From: a virus
Strand: one strand, 5' to 3'
IMG/VR virus record: IMGVR_UViG_3300035701_000001
DNA length: 64,000 nucleotides
Positions 55,378-64,000 of the stretch are shown here, one piece after another. The first letter of the stretch is position 1; the number at the start of each line of letters is the position of its first letter. The notes beneath the pieces are model-generated. The model was not told the DNA's origin. It did not search any database and saw nothing but the letters and a program-made list of their open reading frames with translations. Position numbers and translations under genes: made by a program.

Positions 55378-55941
55378 ATGTCACACATCTACACAAGTCT
55401 GGTCACCATCGGGGGCATCGACATCTACCAGGTGTCGTTGAACCCGAGTGGAGTCCTGAGTGCGCGCATCGGTTCTCTCGCTGTCCGAAACGATGTCCCT
55501 GCGCTCTACCAGAACACGGACGGTGCTGTGGCCTGGGTCCTTCTCTCAGGAGGAGCCGGAGGAGCCTCTCCCCTGTTCTTTGGAGCCAATAGCGTCTCGA
55601 ACTCGATGACCCCGCGCTACCTGTACCCGAGCTACGACGGTTTTCTCGCGCAGACGATTCCCATCCAATGGCGGGTTCCCAGACCGGGCGTGTTGCGGTT
55701 CTTCCGGATGCGGCACAACCTGCTGGGAGGCAGTCCCGCTTTCATCGGTTACACGATCCGAGTCAACTCGATTCCGACTGCCCTCTCGGTCCTTCTCGCC
55801 GCCAACGTCACAGACGGATTCGATCTCCTGAACAACGTTCCCGTCGTGGCAGGAGATCTCGTGGACCTCCAGGTCACGAAAGCCGCCGTCCTGGTCGGGG
55901 GCGGTCCCAATGACATCATCGGTAGCCTGGAATTGGGCTGA
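55378..55941 (+). CDS. virion-type protein with MSHIYTS N-module and short beta-sandwich-like C-domain
   Basis: Shared N-module. Confidence 0.8.
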   Translation: MSHIYTSLVTIGGIDIYQVSLNPSGVLSARIGSLAVRNDVPALYQNTDGAVAWVLLSGGAGGASPLFFGANSVSNSMTPRYLYPSYDGFLAQTIPIQWRVPRPGVLRFFRMRHNLLGGSPAFIGYTIRVNSIPTALSVLLAANVTDGFDLLNNVPVVAGDLVDLQVTKAAVLVGGGPNDIIGSLELG

Positions 55942-56642
55942 TGGCGATTCGGACCTACCTCTACCAGGGGTCGGCCGGGATCACGGCCTCGGATCTGATC
56001 CCCCTGCTTGCCCTCGGGGCTGCCCCTGTCGTCCAGGTCCCTTCGCAGTTCGGATTCCTTCCCATCACCGTCGACGATTCCCACAAGATGGACCTCGACG
56101 CGGCGATGGCCGATCTCGGCTACGCGTATGTCGGGGAGTACACGGGCATTGCCCTGCCGGGAACCGTGAAGGACTACGGCTCTCTCTCCTCGAATCCGGG
56201 TTCCCTCCCCCCTTCTGCCGGGGACATCTACTACCATTCCATCCTGCAGATGCGGATGTGCTACGACAGCTTCCGCAGCAAGTGGCTCTCGGTCGAATCC
56301 GATCCCTTTCTGTTCGGCCGAGACGGAGTGACGGCACCCGACCAGTACTACCGTTCGGTCGATGGACGCATCCTGTCCGACTCGGTCGGATGGCGGATGG
56401 GATACCCCGGCACCGTCGTCTCGCTCCAGTACACGAGGACCAACGCCGATCCGATGGTGTTCGACCTCGTAAAGAGCGGTGTCTCCATCGGGACGTTCGC
56501 CTCCCTGGTGACCTCCGGGGGAAACAACCTCATGAACTTCGATTTCGGCGCAGGAGACATCCTGGCCGTGAAGAACCAGGCAGGGGGATCCTCCTCCCAG
56601 AACGTCGTCGCATGGCTGCGCGTGAAGTGGCGTAGCCCCTAG
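55941..56642 (+). CDS. virion-type protein with shared SKWLSVE...AWLxVxWR C-module
   Basis: TGATG overlap; C-module shared with 56687 and 59917. Confidence 0.8.
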   Translation: MAIRTYLYQGSAGITASDLIPLLALGAAPVVQVPSQFGFLPITVDDSHKMDLDAAMADLGYAYVGEYTGIALPGTVKDYGSLSSNPGSLPPSAGDIYYHSILQMRMCYDSFRSKWLSVESDPFLFGRDGVTAPDQYYRSVDGRILSDSVGWRMGYPGTVVSLQYTRTNADPMVFDLVKSGVSIGTFASLVTSGGNNLMNFDFGAGDILAVKNQAGGSSSQNVVAWLRVKWRSP

Positions 56643-56686
56643 AATCTTTTTCCGTTTGAAGCAAGACTCCAGCACAAGAGGACATC

Positions 56687-59600
56687 ATGGCCATTCTCCC
56701 CAAGATCTATGCCGTCAACGTGGGCCCCGGTGGGGGAGCCGCTCCGGCCATTCCCCTTCCCCGACTGGGTCTGACCATCCCCATCGGGTTCGGAAGCACC
56801 CTCGAACTGACCCTCACAGCCTGGATCGAGGAGATCCATGACGAAGAGGCTCTCTACAACGCCATCGTCGCAGGAACTGCCGTCCTGTCCTACGGAGAGG
56901 GCAACCTGTCAAAGGGCGAAAGCCTGAACTTCTTCAACGTCATCAGCCAGCAGGTTCGAGCGAATGTCCGCGCGATGGACACGGCAGGAACGAACTTCGG
57001 AAATCCGCCGTCTGGCAATCTCGGCAACCCCATCGACACCTCGGTGGCCATCGCGGCGAACGACCGGATTCTGCTGACGAACGACCCGAACACCCCGGTG
57101 AACAACGGCCTGTGGGTCGCGCATGCAGGAGCCTGGACCCGTCCCCAGGACTTCAACACGGCCGATGCCGCCTCGGGGGCCATCGTCTACGTCGAGGAAG
57201 GTACGGATCACAAGGAAGAGACCTGGGTCTGTACGGCGATCACCGGTTCCGACCTCATCGGTACGAGCAGCCTGACCTGGGAACAGACGAGTGGATCCGG
57301 AGCGACCACGCTCCAAGAGGCCTACGATGCCGGGAACACCATCGAGACGGCCGGAGGTGTGGACATCGCGTTCACCCTGACCTCCGGCAACTTCACCGTG
57401 GACGACGGTTCCGTGACGTTCGGAGCCACCACGGCACTCGATGACTTCTCCGTGGAAACCGGGACGATGTCCCTGGACAGCACGGACACGACACACCTCA
57501 CGATGTCGGCCAACTCTGCGGGGAACAAGACCCTGACCCTCTCCGCGACGAACTCCGGTGGGGGGACTGGGCTCATCGACCTCTCGTCCACCGGTACGAC
57601 GAACGTCGATGCAGACGGAGGAATCGCACTCGAATCCACAGGTGGAAACCTCGACATCGGGTCGGACTCCGACGACGGCGACATCAATGTCGGCATCGGG
57701 ACCACGGCCGGTCGCGCCATCACCATCGGCAACAAGACCGGAGACACGGGCGTCACCATCGAGGCGACACAGACTGGACAGATCACCCTCGATGCGCCGA
57801 ACACGACCATCACGGGAGACCTGGTCGTCCAAGGCGTGATGACGACCGTCGAGACGGAAGAAGTAAATGTCTGGGACAACTTCTTCTACATGAACGCCAA
57901 CTACACGACGGTCTCCCCGCTGACGGGTGGCCTCGTCATCAACTACCTGCCGACGGTGATTTCCGATACGGTCGCGGCAACGGGATTCCACGCCCATGCC
58001 GGTGCGGCCAATCCCTACGTCAATACGACGGGTGCAGGGACCTTCACGCCCGGCGATTTCATCCAGAACTCCGCTGCCAACAACTCCGAGAACAATGGTC
58101 TCTACCAGGTTCTGACCCACGCAGCAGGCGTGCTCACCGTCTGCGGTCTCGGAGCCTCAGCGGGGACCTTCCAGTTCACCCAGAACGAGTTCGCGACCGA
58201 TCCGACCGTGGCTGGCGTGATCACGAAGGTCAACATCGCGGTCCTCCGGGTGAGCAGCACGGGAGTCTGGCAGATTGCCACGGGATCGAATGCCACGACG
58301 CTCGTATTCCAGGACATCCTGACCGCTGCGAATATCGATCTCCAGACCGCCTACGAGGGGGGAAACACCATCGAAGTGACGGCAGCGGAAGGACCGCTCG
58401 CCATCACACTGACCTCCGACGATTTCACCGTGGACGGTGCGAACGACGTGTCGTTCGGTGGAATCACACCGATTGCCACCTTCAACGTCGACTCGGCCGG
58501 TTCTGTCACCTTCGATGGAGTGGGTACCGCGAACCTCACGACGGACACCGGTACCCTCACCCTGTCCACAACGACCTCGGGCGATGTGGTGGTGAGTGCG
58601 GCCGACAACGTGACCCTCGATGCCGTGAGCGGCTCGTTCAGCCTCGACGGTGTGGTGGCCTCAAATGTCACGGTCACGGGAGATGACCTCACCCTCTCGA
58701 CGCTCTCTTCCGGAGACGTGCTCCTCGATTCCGTAGACGCGGTGAGTATCGACGCCACGACTGCCTCGCACTTCACCGTGACCGGTGCCGCCGATCTCAC
58801 CCTTTCCTCCTCGGCTGGTTCCGTGGTCGTGGACGGGGGAGAAGCGGCAGCAGATGCCATCTACCTCCATGCGTCCAACGCAGCGGGTGGTGTCACCATC
58901 GACGCCGGAACGGTGGGTGCGGGCACGTTCGATGTGAACGTCGGCTCGGGAGGAATCACCCTCGATTCGACCGGAGCCATCTCCCTCGATGGCGTCGGAG
59001 CCTCGAATTTCACGACCACGACCGGTGGTATCACCCTCTCGGCGGGTGCCGGGGACGTGAACGTAACCGCGACGACGAACTCAGTCGTCATCACGGGCAA
59101 CGAAGCGATTTCCGATGCGGTGACCATCAACGCGTTGCCCGGTGGCGCAGGCGGTGTGGACATCAATGCCGGGTCGGGTGGAATCACCCTCGATACGGCC
59201 AGCGGTGGGGGTATCAGCCTCGATGCCATCGGTGCGGCCTCGAACTTCACCGTGACAGGGGCCTTCGACCTCACCCTGTCCTCGACACTCGGACGGGCAA
59301 TTCTCCAGAGTGGAAAGGCAGCCGCCGATTCCGTTTATCTCAATGCATCCGGGGTGGCCGGTGGGGTCAAGATCACCTCGGGAACCGAGCGCGTTCTCAT
59401 CGACGGAGTCCACTACTACGGCAAGAGCGCCGGAGTTCCCACTCCCGCACCAACCGGTGGGTACGTGGACGGAGACAAGTACTACGACACAAACTTCCAG
59501 ATGGAGATGCGCTACTACGGAGCCCCGCGCAGCAAGTGGCTCTCGGTCGAGGCCCAATACATCCAGTTTGGCCGAAACGGAGCCTGTGCGTCGGGGCAGT

Positions 59601-59902
59601 ACTACCGGGGTCCGGATGGACGCATCCTGTCGAACACGCTCGGCTTCATTGCCCCTCACAACGGAACCATCGTGGGTCTCGGATTCACAAGGTCGAACGT
59701 CCTCGCAGCCACCTTTGACGTGGTGGAGGGCGGTGTAGTCAAGGCTTCCGTGGCAACGGGGGCTTTGGCGGCACTCGCGGACAACACGCTCAACGGAGAC
59801 TTCTCCGCAAACGGCATTCTCGCGGTGCTCAACAACGCAGGCGGCAACAATACACAAGACGTTGTCGCCTGGCTCAAGGTCCAATGGCGCACGACGCCGT
59901 AG
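56687..59902 (+). CDS. long fibre-like structural protein (1071 aa)
   Basis: RILLTND...NNGLWVAHAGAWTRPQD...GAIVYVEEG fibre motif; LQxAYxxGNTI x2; G/T/S/D-rich beta repeats. Confidence 0.88.
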   Translation: MAILPKIYAVNVGPGGGAAPAIPLPRLGLTIPIGFGSTLELTLTAWIEEIHDEEALYNAIVAGTAVLSYGEGNLSKGESLNFFNVISQQVRANVRAMDTAGTNFGNPPSGNLGNPIDTSVAIAANDRILLTNDPNTPVNNGLWVAHAGAWTRPQDFNTADAASGAIVYVEEGTDHKEETWVCTAITGSDLIGTSSLTWEQTSGSGATTLQEAYDAGNTIETAGGVDIAFTLTSGNFTVDDGSVTFGATTALDDFSVETGTMSLDSTDTTHLTMSANSAGNKTLTLSATNSGGGTGLIDLSSTGTTNVDADGGIALESTGGNLDIGSDSDDGDINVGIGTTAGRAITIGNKTGDTGVTIEATQTGQITLDAPNTTITGDLVVQGVMTTVETEEVNVWDNFFYMNANYTTVSPLTGGLVINYLPTVISDTVAATGFHAHAGAANPYVNTTGAGTFTPGDFIQNSAANNSENNGLYQVLTHAAGVLTVCGLGASAGTFQFTQNEFATDPTVAGVITKVNIAVLRVSSTGVWQIATGSNATTLVFQDILTAANIDLQTAYEGGNTIEVTAAEGPLAITLTSDDFTVDGANDVSFGGITPIATFNVDSAGSVTFDGVGTANLTTDTGTLTLSTTTSGDVVVSAADNVTLDAVSGSFSLDGVVASNVTVTGDDLTLSTLSSGDVLLDSVDAVSIDATTASHFTVTGAADLTLSSSAGSVVVDGGEAAADAIYLHASNAAGGVTIDAGTVGAGTFDVNVGSGGITLDSTGAISLDGVGASNFTTTTGGITLSAGAGDVNVTATTNSVVITGNEAISDAVTINALPGGAGGVDINAGSGGITLDTASGGGISLDAIGAASNFTVTGAFDLTLSSTLGRAILQSGKAAADSVYLNASGVAGGVKITSGTERVLIDGVHYYGKSAGVPTPAPTGGYVDGDKYYDTNFQMEMRYYGAPRSKWLSVEAQYIQFGRNGACASGQYYRGPDGRILSNTLGFIAPHNGTIVGLGFTRSNVLAATFDVVEGGVVKASVATGALAALADNTLNGDFSANGILAVLNNAGGNNTQDVVAWLKVQWRTTP

Positions 59903-59916
59903 AAAGGGAGTAGCGG

Positions 59917-60720
59917 GTGGCCCTGCCCATCGTCATCGCGAAGAACCAGACCGCAGTTCCCATCGGGCTCACCCGGTTGGGAGTCACCGTTCCTGCGTTC
60001 GGGACCGTGAATCTCACTGACTTCGCCTACATCCACGAAATTGGGTCGGACGAAACGCTGAACACAGCGGTGGTCTCGGGCAACATCGTGATCAACGATG
60101 GAACCAGCGATCTTTCCCCTGCAGAGGGAGACGGCTACCTCGACACGACCGGCAACCTGAATGGCCCGGTGACAGGGATGGCACAGGGAAAATTGGTTCG
60201 CCTGAAGGATACGACCGGGCGCTACACGGAAGCCGTGGATGTCAAGGTCTACGATCCGTCCGCCGTCGATCCGGTGGCGCCCGTTCCGGCCGACGGCGAC
60301 ATCTATTTCAACACCGTGCTCGAAGTCCTCATGGCCTGGGACGCGGCACGGGGAAAGTGGCTGGCGGTGGGGGAAGGAGCCTCCTTCCAGGTGGGCCATC
60401 AAGGAACAATTCCCGTGGGGACCTACTTCCGGGGCATAGACGGCAAGACGCTCGGAGCCACGCTCGGATATGTTGCGCCATGGAACGGGACCGTCGTGGG
60501 CATGTCCTTCAGTCGAACGAACGTGGACGCAACAACCTTCCAGGTCACGGCCGATGGTGCCACCATCGAGTCCGTCGCTACGGGAGCCAACATCTCAGGA
60601 CTTGACAACAGCCTGGACGGGGATTTCAACCAGGGAGACATCCTTGCCGTGCGGAACGCCTCAGGCGGAGACAAGACAATGGATACACAAGTATGGGTCC
60701 GCATGAAGTGGAGGGTCTAG
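59917..60720 (+). CDS. virion-type protein with IAKNQT N-module and shared C-module
   Basis: GTG start with SD; both modules visible. Confidence 0.8.
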   Translation: MALPIVIAKNQTAVPIGLTRLGVTVPAFGTVNLTDFAYIHEIGSDETLNTAVVSGNIVINDGTSDLSPAEGDGYLDTTGNLNGPVTGMAQGKLVRLKDTTGRYTEAVDVKVYDPSAVDPVAPVPADGDIYFNTVLEVLMAWDAARGKWLAVGEGASFQVGHQGTIPVGTYFRGIDGKTLGATLGYVAPWNGTVVGMSFSRTNVDATTFQVTADGATIESVATGANISGLDNSLDGDFNQGDILAVRNASGGDKTMDTQVWVRMKWRV

Positions 60721-60723
60721 GGT

Positions 60724-61494
60724 ATGGCCCTCATCATCCTCATCGCCAAGAACCAGACGGGATCTCCGGTCCCGCTGACACAGCTTCTCGTACCCGATGC
60801 AGAGATTCCGGCACTCGGACAGGTGACACTGACCACCTACAACACGGTCGAGCAGATTCTTTCGGATACGGAACTGCTCGGTCTCATCGACGGAGATTCC
60901 GTTTATCTCAACGTGGCCGGGGTCGATCTAACGAAGGCACAGTCGATTGCCTTCTTGGATGCGCCCACGGTCGGGAAAAAGTCAAACTACACCTCTGCGA
61001 ACACCCCAACCGTCAACGACGATGCCGCGCAGGGATACTCGGTCGGATCGCTCTGGATCACGACAAGTGGGATAGCCTATCTCTGTGTGGATGCAACCAC
61101 CGGAGCAGCGGTATGGAAGTTTGCCATTGCCAACACGGGCGTCGTTCCGATTCCCATGCAGTTTTTGGCAGACGGCTACTTCCGGACAGCAACGGGGATC
61201 GATATCCAAGAATCCCAGGTTGCTTTCACGGCATCCAGCGTGGTCCTCAGGCGTGAAAAGGCGGGGATCAGTGGGACGACGCTCATCGACATCCTACTCA
61301 ATGGAACCTCGCTTTGGGCTACGAACCCTGGAAATAGGCCGAGCATCTCAGCAGCAGCCGGTGATGGGACTCGGGTGGTATCGGGAGCCCTCGACACGAC
61401 GGCCATTCCTGTTGGCGGGCGGTTGGAGATGGTGATCGTCACGGCTGAAACTGGAAATCCACAGGATCTCGTTGCTTTCCTTCGGGGTGCATGA
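60724..61494 (+). CDS. virion-type protein with IAKNQT N-module
   Basis: PTVNDDAAQGYSVGSLWI...YLCVDATTGAAVW fibre-shoulder-like motif. Confidence 0.8.
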   Translation: MALIILIAKNQTGSPVPLTQLLVPDAEIPALGQVTLTTYNTVEQILSDTELLGLIDGDSVYLNVAGVDLTKAQSIAFLDAPTVGKKSNYTSANTPTVNDDAAQGYSVGSLWITTSGIAYLCVDATTGAAVWKFAIANTGVVPIPMQFLADGYFRTATGIDIQESQVAFTASSVVLRREKAGISGTTLIDILLNGTSLWATNPGNRPSISAAAGDGTRVVSGALDTTAIPVGGRLEMVIVTAETGNPQDLVAFLRGA

Positions 61495-62930
61495 TGGCGT
61501 TCTTCGAATATCTGCAAGCTGTCTACGATGCCATCGGCACTCTGTTTAAGCCCATCGGGGGCAGAACGATAGCGTCCTTCGACCCCGACCCGTGGGCAAG
61601 TATCCCGAACTATCCCGACCCAAACGTCGGGGGCATGGCATCGCTAGACAGCGCCGGACACCTCCATGTTCGCGGTCCTGTGATGACGGACGAAGGATCC
61701 AGCCGGGACGATTTCACCGGATCAAGCCTCTACACGAACCTGACCGGAACGCTGACCTTCGGTGCGACAACGACCGTAACGGGAAGTGGAACCGCGTTTC
61801 TCTCCGAGGTGAATCGGGATTGCTACCTTCGATTAAGCACGGATGGAGCGGACAAGTTCGTCAAAGTCGTTGAAGTGGTATCGGATACCGAACTGGAACT
61901 GGAGTCTGCCTACGCAGGGACCGTCGGCTCGGGGACGGGGGTGGTCTCCTATTGGATTCCGAAAGTTACAGGAGCGGCCTCTTGGGCGGTCAGCAGTTCC
62001 AATCTGACCCTCTCGTCCAATACGGCCAGTGGAAACGAGGCTCGCGTCATCAAGGAACTCGACTATCTGCCACTAGTCATCACCTTCCGAGCTTCGGTTT
62101 CCCAGCGGATCGCGAACCAGACGATCTGTTTCGGCATCATGGACGATGTGGATAGCCCGAACGAGTTGGCCTGCGTCGTCTTCGACGGTACGACGAACAC
62201 GACAGCGAAGTTCGTGACCTATGCCTCGGCAGCGGTGGCGGATCAGCAGACGACAACGTTCACGCTGCCGACCGGAAGCACCAGTGACAAGACGGCCATC
62301 TACCAAATCTGTCTCTCGGTGTTCTCCTGTATCTTGCTCGTCAACGGCGAAGAAGTAGCCAAGCACCAGTTCCATACACCGGGCCTCTACACGGTGATGT
62401 TCGCCCGAGTCCGGGTCTACAACACGGGAATTGCTGCGAGCAATACGGATGCGGCGATCGATGGATTCACCTGTTCCAATCAGAATCAGGTGCAGGTCGT
62501 CAACAGCTTTCGAAGCGATCCTATCACGGTCCGAATCGAAGAAGAGGTCCACTATCTCGTCGGAACACTGACGACGACCGCAACGACCGCCGATCAGGTC
62601 ATCGCCTCGACCACGATTCCCACAGGCAAGATCGCGTATCTCCTCGGGTATCAAGTGTCTTGTACAAGTGGAGCCAATGCGGCTCCGATCAAGATCGGAC
62701 GCAATCCGCCCATGACGATTCCCGCATCTCCGGGAAGTGTAGATCCTGCGATCTTGGAGGCGTTCGACATGATCACCGTGACGCAGAGTCCTCCGGATCG
62801 GGAGCAGTCGGATTTCAGCGCGAATCCCCGTCGGATTGCGGGAGGTGGAGATGTATTGGCCATGACGGTCACTCCGTCTGCTGCCACGTCTACCGTCTGG
62901 CGGGCGACCCTCTATTACGTCCTGAGGTAA
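61491..62930 (+). CDS. virion-type protein (fibre/baseplate-like)
   Basis: GTLTFGATTTVTGSGTAFLSEV...VVEVVSDTELELESAYAG motif typical of tail-fibre N-domains. Confidence 0.8.
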   Translation: MMAFFEYLQAVYDAIGTLFKPIGGRTIASFDPDPWASIPNYPDPNVGGMASLDSAGHLHVRGPVMTDEGSSRDDFTGSSLYTNLTGTLTFGATTTVTGSGTAFLSEVNRDCYLRLSTDGADKFVKVVEVVSDTELELESAYAGTVGSGTGVVSYWIPKVTGAASWAVSSSNLTLSSNTASGNEARVIKELDYLPLVITFRASVSQRIANQTICFGIMDDVDSPNELACVVFDGTTNTTAKFVTYASAAVADQQTTTFTLPTGSTSDKTAIYQICLSVFSCILLVNGEEVAKHQFHTPGLYTVMFARVRVYNTGIAASNTDAAIDGFTCSNQNQVQVVNSFRSDPITVRIEEEVHYLVGTLTTTATTADQVIASTTIPTGKIAYLLGYQVSCTSGANAAPIKIGRNPPMTIPASPGSVDPAILEAFDMITVTQSPPDREQSDFSANPRRIAGGGDVLAMTVTPSAATSTVWRATLYYVLR

Positions 62931-62942
62931 CGGGAGTTTCTC

Positions 62943-64000
62943 ATGATCATCGTGTCCTATTCGATCTTGAAGAGTCGCAGGACAGACCTGAACTTGGGGG
63001 TGTTCCATATCGAACTGCTGGCGGCGGATGGCGTGACGGTACGTGGGTACGTTGTCTTCGCAGCGGTCACCGGGTACTACCTCAAGACAGAAGTACAGGC
63101 TGGAAGTGGAGATTTCGACGATTTCGTAGAGAACCTCCTCTCTTCTTCGACTCCGGTCCAGTCCGACTCTGAAGTTCTGGCTCAAAACTCCATACCGCAA
63201 GCCGTGGACAATGAGGGAAGCCAGAAGATTGTCCAACTCCCCTCTCCGGGCAAAGAAAAAAACTTCTATGCTCCGAACCTATGCGATCCCTGCTGCTGGT
63301 ATGCAGGATCGGCCACGGAGACGGACGAGGTTCTGACCGACTCGGGCGACCACACGACCTACACAAGCGACCACACGTTCTGGATCGATCTGAAGCACGG
63401 CAGACTGTTCAAGGAGAACGCGGTGTTGGCGGAGGACCCCACTCTCGCCGTGAAGGTCGAGGTCCAGTACGGTGGATCCGGCCCCTGGGTCGAGGTCGCA
63501 GAGAACCCCTGGGGCACCACGGATGGCGACTACGAGGTAAACTACGAGACGGGGACCGTGACCTTCAACGAGGTCCTCATCGCGGCCGACAACGTGCGGG
63601 CCTCCTACCACAAGAAGGACACCTACGCGTTCTACGTCGAACCTTCGGCAGGCAAGCTCCTCAAAATCATCTACGCAGAAGTACAGTACTGCACGGACAT
63701 CCACTTCGACCGGGGTGTGAGCTTCACGCTACAAGCCTACAACCCGGCTCCTCCTCCCACTCGGGTCCCCGTGTTCGGCTATACGTTCAAGACCCTGGAG
63801 GACTTCTACGTCGAGTCCACCGGCCCATTCCCTGTCATCCCTCCCCATGGAGGGGAGTGGGAAACCGTGGAAGTCATTGGGATTGACGAGATCGAAGCCA
63901 AACAAGCACTCGGATATGAAGTGATCGACACCCGATACGACAGTGGAAACTGGATCGCACTGATGCGCGGACAGAAGCCGAACGGCAGGCGGGAGGTCCG
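62943..64000 (+). CDS. probable structural protein, runs off the window end
   Basis: Translated by hand: GGGAG SD, no stop to 64000; DYEVNYETGTVTF motif. Confidence 0.78.
   Translation, partial: MIIVSYSILKSRRTDLNLGVFHIELLAADGVTVRGYVVFAAVTGYYLKTEVQAGSGDFDDFVENLLSSSTPVQSDSEVLAQNSIPQAVDNEGSQKIVQLPSPGKEKNFYAPNLCDPCCWYAGSATETDEVLTDSGDHTTYTSDHTFWIDLKHGRLFKENAVLAEDPTLAVKVEVQYGGSGPWVEVAENPWGTTDGDYEVNYETGTVTFNEVLIAADNVRASYHKKDTYAFYVEPSAGKLLKIIYAEVQYCTDIHFDRGVSFTLQAYNPAPPPTRVPVFGYTFKTLEDFYVESTGPFPVIPPHGGEWETVEVIGIDEIEAKQALGYEVIDTRYDSGNWIALMRGQKPNGRREV

Larger units (their letters stand above)
1..64000 (+). mobile_element. Segment of a large tailed bacteriophage genome (accessory region followed by lysin and virion genes)
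   Basis: Dense unidirectional small ORFs with ATGA overlaps, phage anti-defence genes, PG-binding lysin, tail-fibre-like motifs; no host housekeeping genes. Confidence 0.93.

Noticed and set aside
1-64000. Stop-codon reassignment
   Set aside because: TAG, TGA and TAA all end genes immediately before the next SD/start, and long genes are intact under code 11.
1-64000. tRNA/rRNA genes
   Set aside because: Almost no intergenic space, and no cloverleaf or T-loop signature noticed by eye; a tRNAscan run would be needed to exclude them.

Overview
This window looks like part of a large, GC-rich tailed-phage genome. About 115 genes all lie on the + strand and are mostly chained by ATGA/GTGA stop-start overlaps. 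No replication, packaging or capsid core genes were recognised. Positions 1-52 kb are an accessory/early region of small genes. At least 8 sigma70-like promoters there share a 17-bp palindrome (TGACACA-N3-TGTGTCA) over the -35 box, and one of them drives an XRE-HTH gene. Recognisable accessory genes are a Tad1 (anti-Thoeris) homologue, a MazG-like protein, an HNH-like/RNA-ligase fusion, a pentapeptide-repeat protein, a radical SAM enzyme and an HD-like hydrolase. The most unusual structure is a translationally coupled array of 12 paralogues (13.4-19.9 kb) with a constant framework and a variable, often Cys/His-rich, insert. The RNA ligase gene sits inside this array and has array-like ends. 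A second array of 10 genes (34.2-39.4 kb) shares a DUF551-like C-terminal module. Seven 27-19-27 bp imperfect palindromes occur in three clusters. From 52 kb onward come a peptidoglycan-binding lysin and virion/fibre-like genes built from shared N- and C-terminal modules. All family assignments are from motif recognition by eye; no database searches were run.
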